Assembly: GCF_006345805.1 (NCBI RefSeq)
Contig: NC_043000.1
Coordinates: 100,192,001 to 100,256,000, forward strand
From: Octopus sinensis
Lineage: Eukaryota
Length of the DNA stretch: 64,000 nucleotides
Reading direction: 5' to 3'
The position numbers and the translations under genes are program-made. Position 1 is the first letter of the stretch. Each line of letters begins with the position of its first letter. The notes beneath the pieces were generated by a model. That model saw only the letters and a list, made by a program, of their open reading frames with translations. It was not told where the DNA came from and made no database searches. Positions 54,581-64,000 of the stretch are shown here, one piece after another.

Positions 54581-55667
54581 AGAGGAAAATCCAATAGAAA
54601 GGAAGACAGAGGGAGAAAATCACCAACGATTCACATGTTACATTTTGATATATATATATATATATATATACCAACGCATGAAACTCTTGGCCCTTGAGTC
54701 ACTCTGTTGTTTCTGTTAAGTATTAATAAAATATGTGTGTGTGTGTGCATAAATGTATGTGTACAAAGGAAGGAAAGAACACTCAGCACATTGTGAGTAG
54801 AATTTATACTTGTAGGTTAAAAAAATAGAACGGCGTTGCAGGCTATGCCTGTCTGAGAAAGCAATCCACAGTGTTCCTTTCTGAGAAATCGGAAGCAAAT
54901 TTAAATTACCGTGACAGATGGACATTTCTACAACGTCATTTTCAAGCGATTGACTCTGAAAATAATGCTAGACAAAACCATGAAGAAAATCCTTTGCTAA
55001 CGAAAATAACTATCGGCTGTCTTGCTTCCATTCTATTATTTTAATGTTATATTCTTATAATGTCATTACCTTCTGGTTAGTCTCTGTATTGAGTATACTA
55101 TCAATGAGAGTGAAACATACTAATAAACAAAAAAGAACTTACGTTTCAAGTTGCATGCGGCTAAAGTCTCATTCATATTAGACTCCCGAATGACTAAAGA
55201 CGTGGTTTGCTGGTCGATGAAAGTCCAAGTAAAGGACATTTTGTCAGCAACTCTTTATTTACAAATACATATACATAGATTCATACATGAATACACACTC
55301 GTTGGTTTTAACACACATGTATGCATGATGTGAGTTCAAGTCTCAAACGTCACCTTCGATTTTTTCTATCCAAAGGGGTTTTTTAACCCAACATTTACAC
55401 GCTACTATCAATAACTTTTTCTGCTTCGAGTTTCACCGTTTTCAAAAGAATTATTTCACGCTCTCTGGAAGTTTCTAAACTTGGAAAGATTATTGATACA
55501 TAATGGAGGTGTACTTTCATTGTATCCGTTTTAAAATTTTGCATGTTACTTTTAATTGATAATCTAAATCAGACTGATAGTATCAATATTATGTGATAAC
55601 ATATACGGTATATAATTCTCACAATAACAAAAAATACAATGCATCTTGTTTTTCTATTTCTTATTAG

Positions 55668-55892
55668 GTTATTGCTTATAGGCCTCAGTACAAAGGGCAG
55701 AAAGCAGCATATAAGCAAGCTTGCCGACGCATGCGCAGAGAAGGTGAATTCTGCATGCCTGAAGATGCACTTCATATTTGTCCATGCAATAAAGGGTTTG
55801 AATGTCAAGCAGAAGAAGAAATGGACTATGGCCACTGTCGAAGAATCAAGAAACCAGAAAATGATGCTGATGTTCTCGGATTTCGAGTGTGA
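55668..55892 (+). CDS. Last coding exon of the prokineticin/astakine-like protein: VIAYRPQYKGQKAAYKQACRRMRREGEFCMPEDALHICPCNKGFECQAEEEMDYGHCRRIKKPENDADVLGFRV*
   Basis: Acceptor ttgtttttctatttcttattag|, phase 0 matching the exon-2 donor. Supplies Cys5-10 (C-X9-C-X8-CPC-X5-C-X10-C). REGEFC resembles prokineticin GREGEEC. TGA at 55890-55892. Confidence 0.88.
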   Translation, partial: VIAYRPQYKGQKAAYKQACRRMRREGEFCMPEDALHICPCNKGFECQAEEEMDYGHCRRIKKPENDADVLGFRV

Positions 55893-55992
55893 TTTTATGA
55901 AATGATGTTTTTTTTCTTTTTCATTCCATGTTTTTTCAAAAAATATTTTGTATTCTTTTCTATTACAACTTTTTATCTTTCTTTATATTTGA

Positions 55993-55998
55993 AATAAA
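55993..55998 (+). promoter_or_regulatory. Candidate polyadenylation signal AATAAA
   Basis: Lies 100 nt after the stop codon; AT-rich context makes a chance match possible. Confidence 0.35.
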
Positions 55999-56164
55999 AC
56001 TATTTATCTAGTAGTACCTAATATATTTCTGCAGGATTATGGAAGAAAAGAAAATTAAAACTTGAAAATTGTTTTATATTTAATCCCTCAAACAATTATC
56101 TTCTCCCATCGTTACCTTTAATAGACCTATATGTATGTGTGTATACTCTCTCTCGTTTAATATA

Positions 56165-56229
<65 letters not shown>

Positions 56230-56249
56230 TGTATGTATGTATATGTATG

Positions 56250-56305
<56 letters not shown>

Positions 56306-56519
56306 TACAGATACATACATATAAAACAAATACGCATGTATATCTAATATACAGTAATAGATAAGTGAAATAGTATGATATATGTGTGTATGCATACAAG
56401 CATACACACATACCTACCTACCTATATTCATACCCTAAATACATGTATATTATATATAACTTAAATGTATAATAAATATACATTTATGCGTTATGTAATT
56501 TATGCAGATGTAACATGTA

Positions 56520-56621
<102 letters not shown>

Positions 56622-56715
56622 TATATATATATACATACACACATACATACATACATACATACAGACAGACAGACATACATACATACAGACAGACATACAT
56701 ACATACATACATACA

Positions 56716-56782
<67 letters not shown>

Positions 56783-57620
56783 TTTACCTTTTATTAGTAT
56801 TTTTACATATTTTCGTAGGCGATCCCTCCTCAACAAACACGATGCATAGTGAAAACTTATTTATAACAATACCTAATGCTAAAATGAACACACCACACAA
56901 CTATATACACCAGTTTAGGGTTTGCCAGTTTAATGTTAGGGGTTACAAGCGAAATATACGATCGTCATACAGATCTGACGTTCATATTTCGATAACGTTT
57001 CAATTAGAATTGACGACGTCGAAACAGATTCGAGCCATAAACTCTACAAAAATTACCTTTGCCTACGAATAAGATGGTGCAATTATCTCACACCCACAAC
57101 GCCTCTTATGCTGGCGATGGGGCTATGACAGTCTATATATGTTGGTGATAATGCTGAGGATGATAATAATGATAAGGATGAATTTAAAAGGGACTCATGT
57201 GCAAGAACTAAACAAAAAAGAAATCAGTTAAAACTGGAACATATTTGTTTTCAGTAAAACATTACGTATACATACCCACCTGCATAACTACCTACCTACC
57301 AACCTATCTACCGACCTACCTACCTACATACATACATACATACCTACATACATACATACATACATACATACATACATACATACATACATACATACATACA
57401 AACATAGTTCCATAAATACATATAAGAATATCTGTGCCTATGTACATATATATATACATATATATACCTATATATGGACATTTATATGTATATATATGCA
57501 TGCATAACACATTTCCTATCTTATGGACACACATATACGTATACATATATAGATATCTATCGATCAATATATATATTAATTATATTATTATATGATTGAA
57601 CGCCACGCATCCTCTTTCAA

Positions 57621-57693
<73 letters not shown>

Positions 57694-58235
57694 GCAAAGT
57701 AATTTATTTTACTAAGCCCTTTATAAAATATATATATATATATATATATATATGATTTTATCAAGTAGCTACCATGCAAAACCTTTTCGGTATACATTAA
57801 TACAAAGTACAAAGTATATAATGTTATGATAAGAGCAACTACATGGTAGAGCCACATGCTAGAAGAAGATGTCAAATTACTCTAAAACTACTTTATTTAT
57901 CACTTAGACACGCGCTTGAAGTGAGGGAAATGAGCGAAAAAGATTTTTTTTTAACATTTAGCCATAGATCAATTGATTTCTAGTTCAGAGGTATACCTTC
58001 CTTTACCGTCATCAGTATGGCGTAACTGAATGTACATAATTATAAACATTTAAGCATACCATACGAACACAAACGTATTCCCAGTGCATTTACAAATGTT
58101 CACACTTATATACATTGTTTAAATCTAGATCGCTCATCTCAGCCACGTATGAGTAACCAAAATACTTCAGCAGTGAATAAATTGATTTAAGTAAATTCAT
58201 AATTATTACAATAATCAAGGATAAAATCTATATAA

Positions 58236-58576
58236 CTTTTTGGTTATCTCACCCCCCATTAAAAAATTGCCATTAAAAAATTGGGTTATCTCCCCACTAG
58301 AAAGTCGAGTTAATGTGGCGACAAGAGGTTGGATTAAAAGAGTTAGATTCTTTTTATTCTGGCCTCCTCAATAGGCATGGTATGATTTGTTATAAAAATG
58401 ATATCAGATTCAAGATGTTTAATTTTTTCAGTTTTCATGTTTATTAATTTTTCATTTCTTTTTTTTTTTTTTTTTTGCTTTATTGAGGGTTAAACAATTT
58501 TTATATAAACAAAATTCATTTTGCGGACTGACAGATGTCAGCCCGCTTTTTAATGGGGGTAAAGATAACCAAAAAG
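58236..58576. mobile_element. ~340-bp MITE with ~30-bp TIRs
   Basis: ctttttggttatctcaccccccattaaaaa / tttttaatgggggtaaagataaccaaaaag; TA on the right flank. Confidence 0.7.
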
Positions 58577-60683
58577 TACCCCTTTTAGGCATAAATTAAT
58601 ACAGAGTATATAATTTTTTAATAATAATTATAAGGGCAACTACATGGTAGGGCCACATGTTAAAAGATGTCAAATGACACTAAACCTACTTTATTTATAC
58701 GTGTCTATATATACAATTAAAGAAATTGGAGTCAATAGGGAATAGGGTTCGACAGTTATGTTTTAATCACTACAATTGTTTCCACCCAGTTTTTTTTCCA
58801 ATTTTATATTCACACGCGACGAATACCCAAACATAACCCCGTAAGTATATAATAATGCTACCGTATAGTATTGGATAATTCTGAGAGTGGACGAGCTCTA
58901 TACGGTACTCTGCCACGTTCCTAACGGAATATACCATAACATATATATATTCATAGCGGTGCTCCAGCATAGCCACAGTCAAATGACTGAAAGAAGTAAA
59001 GGAATATAGAACATACATACATACATACATACATACATACATACATACATACATACATACATACATACATACATTAAAATTCGTAAAATACGGTTTGTGT
59101 TCCAACAGAGCACTTATTGAAAGGAAAGAAAAGTGTGCCGGAAGGATATGGCATGTATGCGTATGCATCTAACTGTTCGTGTTATTCTCAGTGTGCGTAT
59201 AAAATCTGGACAAGATATGCCTTCATGCTATAAAGTAAGACGTGTTCTTGTATTTTGGAGCAGTGTATCCTCAGTTATTGACAGATGGGCTCAACTCAAA
59301 CATCTCTACTTACCTCTCCTCAAGGCATATCGGTTTATCTATGTTTCAGATTTATTAATGAAATAGCATCTTAATTCTGACAACCTTCCAACTCACTGGA
59401 CCTTACATAACGCCCACATGACAATGTTGACTAGACTGGTGTATAACCAACTGAATCCCTAAGCTCAGCCTAATATGGCACGTTCTCAGTTCTTCCACAT
59501 TTAACCGACAAAACATTAAAATATAAGTGTCCAATGTTAAAGAATAGATTTTTAAATTTAGTTTTCTTCCGGGCCATCCTTCTGGCCAAACCTCATAACA
59601 ATATTATTTATTTATTATCTATTTATTTATTTATATTATTCAATTTAAACGTCTTTGAAATGCTGGTAAGCTATGACGGACTGAAAAAGGTATAGAATAC
59701 CTTACATATATATATAAAGCAAAAAAAAAAAATGAGTGAAAAGAATGGGAAATGCTGATAAAGTACAGTTATGTACGAATATATGTGTTGTTAAATCTTT
59801 TTGTTGCCTCCATGAATTGGAAGTTCTTATTACAGTTGTTGGATCTTAAAAAATATATTGAGCCTCCAGTTTTGGTGGTCGTCATTTTACGACCAAATTT
59901 AAAATGTCCTCTCTTTCACGAGTGGTAAATTTTGCAAAGAAACAAACAATATCATGAAATATAACTTGTTTTTAATTGTATCTATTTTACCCTAAATGGT
60001 AGTGATATGGGTAAATTATTTACTTATAATGAAGGCAACATGAAAAAAATGCAACGTTTTTTTCAATTTTCGATGTTTTAATCATTAAATTGACGGAAAA
60101 AAGTTATTCTCTTCCATTTGCACTTTGGTAAACCTGACAATGAAAACAGTTCTGTGGTGCTGCCTTTCCTCTGGTGCCCTTAGTATGTGTTTATATTATT
60201 TAATGTGTTTTTTTTATTGTTTAATCAGGGAGGGAAGAGCAGCCCCAATGACCATTTTTTTTCACGACCTTAGACACTCAGAGACTGATCGAAGGTAGAA
60301 AGACAGTTATCTTCAAACCAGAGACCTGGCTTGATTACTTGCAAGAAAATGAACTCCAATAAAAAGAAAGAAAAGGATGAGAGATCAAGCCTTCTACGGA
60401 AACACTCAGGATGCAAGAAATCCTGGGGAACAAAAACCACAAGATGTCTCATCTGATGCTCTACTAATTCCGTCACCCTCCCCACACACTTTTACTGAAA
60501 GGTAAAGGTGATGTCAACAGAATTTGAACACAGAGCGAAGAAAGAAGAAAACCGAACATCTAAATCCAATCCTGCAATCAGGTCATCGATTATAAGGAAA
60601 TCTTGTTGGCTTTAATATATACACTATATTTCTTTCAGTTTATTTATTTGTTGTGGGCCTTATTTCTCTTCTCTCTCTCACGC

Positions 60684-60733
<50 letters not shown>

Positions 60734-60889
60734 TGTGTACGTGTGCGTGTGTGTTTGTATATATATATGAGAAATTGTTAACAACGCCCTTTCGGTTTGA
60801 TAGAAAGTAGAAATGCTGAACTCCAAGAAGCTAAGTCATCTTCCAGTATCAAATCACTACAAAAATCCATTGCTAATTTGTTGTTGTTG

Positions 60890-60949
<60 letters not shown>

Positions 60950-60960
60950 TTATTATTATT

Positions 60961-61140
60961 AAGGCGGCGAGCTGGCTGAATCGTTAGTGCGCCGAGCGAA
61001 ATGTTTAGTGGTATTTCATCTGTTTTTTTACGTTCTGAGTTTAAATTCCGCCGAGGTCGACTTTGCCTTTAATCCTTTCGGGATCTTTAAATTAAGTACC
61101 AGTGAAAAACTAGGGTCGATGTAATCGACTAGTACCCTTA
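60961..61140 (+). mobile_element. tRNA-derived SINE inside (ATT)n
   Basis: aaggcggcgagctggctgaatcgttag head. Confidence 0.85.
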
Positions 61141-61328
61141 TTATTATTATTATTATTATTATCATTATTATATTATTATTATTATTATTATATTATTATT
61201 ATTATTAGTCAAGACGAAGAACGCAATTCGATACTGTCGAAATATCGTTCAGCCAATAAAATACTTATTACAATCGAATCGCGCTCTTCATCTTGACTGT
61301 TTACCTTTGTTACACCAATTCTTTTAAA

Positions 61329-61361
<33 letters not shown>

Positions 61362-61479
61362 GTTATCATTATCATTATTATTATTCTCGCCGTCTTGACT
61401 CAAGATTGGTCTTATTCATGGTAGAACTTTTGTGATTAGCGGGTTACTCCCTATGACTTTAGATATCCATACGATTTCA

Positions 61480-61745
61480 ATAAGATTTCAAGTATTCAAA
61501 GCCCTTTTAGTGGGTTTTCCTGTTCCTAAGAAGCAAACCTTCTGTAAAAGCTGTATAGGATATTCTATTTCAATCTTCTTTATCCATTTGTTTATTTCAT
61601 CATCCACCACTTAAGTACAATTTTTACAGATTTCATGTTTTAAATCCTCGCATTCTAACATTTTATGGAATTGTAGCTTTTCAAATCTTTATCTGCTTTC
61701 TTCACTGTCCTGGAATCATATGGACACGATAGATCAATAGGTATG
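61480..61745 (-). mobile_element. R4/Dong-like RLE C-terminal fragment next to (ATT)n
   Basis: PIDLSCPYDSRTVKK...EYPIQLLQKVCFLGT...RALNT*. Confidence 0.65.
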
Positions 61746-61876
61746 CAAATTATTAATATGCAAAATTATTATTATTGTTATTATTATTATTATTATCATT
61801 ATTGGTTATTATTCTTACAATTTTGTTACAATTTCTTGCCGAATGTCTTCCCGACTCCTAGGGCATAGAATTATTA

Positions 61877-61908
<32 letters not shown>

Positions 61909-61909
61909 G

Positions 61910-62100
61910 AAGGCAGCGAGTTGGCAGAATCATTAGCACGCCGGGTGAAAAGCATAACGGTAAATGCCACCGGAGTCGACTTTGCTTTTCATCCTTTCAG
62001 GATCGATAAATTAAGTACTAGTTACACACCTGAGTCGATGTAATCGACTGGTCCCTTCCCCAAAAATTTCAAGCCTTGTACCTATAGTAGAAAGGATTAT
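61910..62100 (+). mobile_element. tRNA-derived SINE
   Basis: aaggcagcgagttggcagaatcattagcacgccggg head and the shared body. Confidence 0.8.
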
Positions 62101-62715
62101 TATTTTATTATTAACAACAACAACAATAATAATGGTTTCTGATTTAGACACGAAGACAACATTTTTGAAGAGAGATAATTTGTCGATATCATAGTCTCCA
62201 GTGCATGTCTAGTTCTTCATTTGATCGACTCCATAGAGATGAGAGGCAAAGTTGCTGGTCTTGTACCTAAATTAGAAACATTTATCTACGCTGACTCCGT
62301 AGATAATCCAGAGTTTATTTAGAAACAACCACCAAGTATCAAAGATCAATATGGTATTTTAAATGTTTCAATGGTTCGTGAGGTGACTGCTCCATAGAAT
62401 GGTTGATTAATCGATCAAGTATGTACACCATAGTGTGTAACGGATACATCTCACTGAATCATCTAAATAAAATATCATACGAATATAATTCTTCATTCTC
62501 TATTTGACTACAGTGGTACTTTGTGATTAAAACACCAAATTATTAACCGGATATGTAATTTGCACCTGTCATATGGCATAAATAACCTAAACAGATTGTT
62601 CTATTCTTTAGTTGTACATTAGCCGTGTTATTATATGAAATGCTTACCGAGGTATTCACCTGGATGTATTGAATAATTATTTTCCTTCATTATACACACA
62701 CACACACATACATAT

Positions 62716-62778
<63 letters not shown>

Positions 62779-64000
62779 TATATACCACAGAAAAACAGAA
62801 TGGAATAAGCATAGCAAAAGCACATACGAGGACGGAAAGTGTCGCTGAGGAGGTCACAGATGTGTAACGAACAACTGTGTCCCCCACTAGACTTTTTATC
62901 CTCATAATGTTCAGAAAAATGTTTTTTTTTTCTTTTCGATGAAAATTTCTCCAAATAAGCTTCAAAGGGTGTAGATAACTCTTATATCGAAATTTATTCC
63001 GAAACATTTATTCTAAGGCCGGCGAGAGGATTTTCGGAGAATTCATACAAGTCAGGTTTGTTTCCTCACAACTTTCTGGAAAAATGGAAATTTGTTATGA
63101 AATTTTCTACCAATACTTTTCAGGTGGTATAGCTTACGATTACATCGGAATTTAATGTGCAAAGTAAAACTGTTGTGCCCGTACACATACAGACAGGCAT
63201 CACACTTTTTTTCGATATGATATTTGTCTGTATGTAAGTGTGCGAACTCACAATTTTTTCTCTCTTTTTCTTTCATATTAAATTCTGATGTTTTTGTAAT
63301 CACACTATCTGAAGCGTATTTGTAGAAAATTTCGTTAAACAGTATCTATTTTTTCTGCAAGTTATGAGAAAACAAAGTTGATATGTGTGTCACATTTGTG
63401 TAGGTAAACTATCTGTACATACATACAACACAACATACGTACAACAAAACGACAAAATAAATCGAATTAGATAAACGACTGAAATAACCCAGATAGAATA
63501 TTTTACTGATTTATATCTCGAAGATTATATTTTTCCAAAAAGTCCTCTTTTAGTTCCCACATATGCGAACGCCAATGGCTTGCACGCACATACACAAATC
63601 CCTAATCTCTCACACACGTACATGCAGCTAATTGTCATCTGCGCACACGGTTGTGTCAGTTGAGTTGTGTATGTGAATGAGGATGAAGTTTGTAGATGCT
63701 AGGAACGTTCGTTTAGATCTCTCTGTCTCTTTCACAGTCTCTCTACATCTGTCCCTATCATTGCCTGTCTTCAGTCTCTCTTTTCTTCCCTTTCTATCAC
63801 ACAGACTTTTACCACCCTCTTTTCACAGGGTGAAAGCTTATTTACACCACAATTATTTACCATTAGAACTTTAACATATATAGAGCTGTAGGTTAGCAGA
63901 ATCGCCAAGAGTGTCTAGAAACAGCTATTTCCACCCCCTTACTATGATACTAATCGTAACCTATAATATGCCCTCCCACCTCATCTTACACCTTTCGTCT

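Noticed and set aside
55639-55905. ORF-track protein MHLVFLFLIRLLLIGLSTKG...
   Set aside because: It is an off-frame reading of the real exon; its hydrophobic start is the polypyrimidine tract.

Overview
AT-rich, microsatellite-saturated eukaryotic DNA. The tRNA-derived SINE families and LINE/Tc1-mariner/Helitron debris look like an octopus (coleoid cephalopod) genome; this is pattern recognition, not a database result. Nearly all ORFs in the supplied track are microsatellite or decayed-transposon artefacts. One real host gene is supported on the + strand and is not shown whole in the ORF track. Exon 33694-33813 splices in phase 0 across a 21,854-nt GT-AG intron to exon 55668-55892. The product is a small, probably secreted 10-cysteine protein with the prokineticin/astakine/MIT1 (colipase-fold) pattern, no AVIT N-terminus, and a dibasic-flanked C-terminal peptide. 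Its first (signal-peptide) exon was not located. The rest is nested mobile DNA: a full-length Tc1, two mariners, hAT and other ITm fragments, MITEs, two Helitrons, R4/Dong-, RTE-, Tx1- and CR1-type LINE pieces, and more than 20 SINE copies. The most unusual non-genic structures all sit next to (TA)n tracts: two minimal hammerhead-ribozyme-like motifs, several long fold-back palindromes, and a ~495-bp tandem array that flips into an inverted copy.
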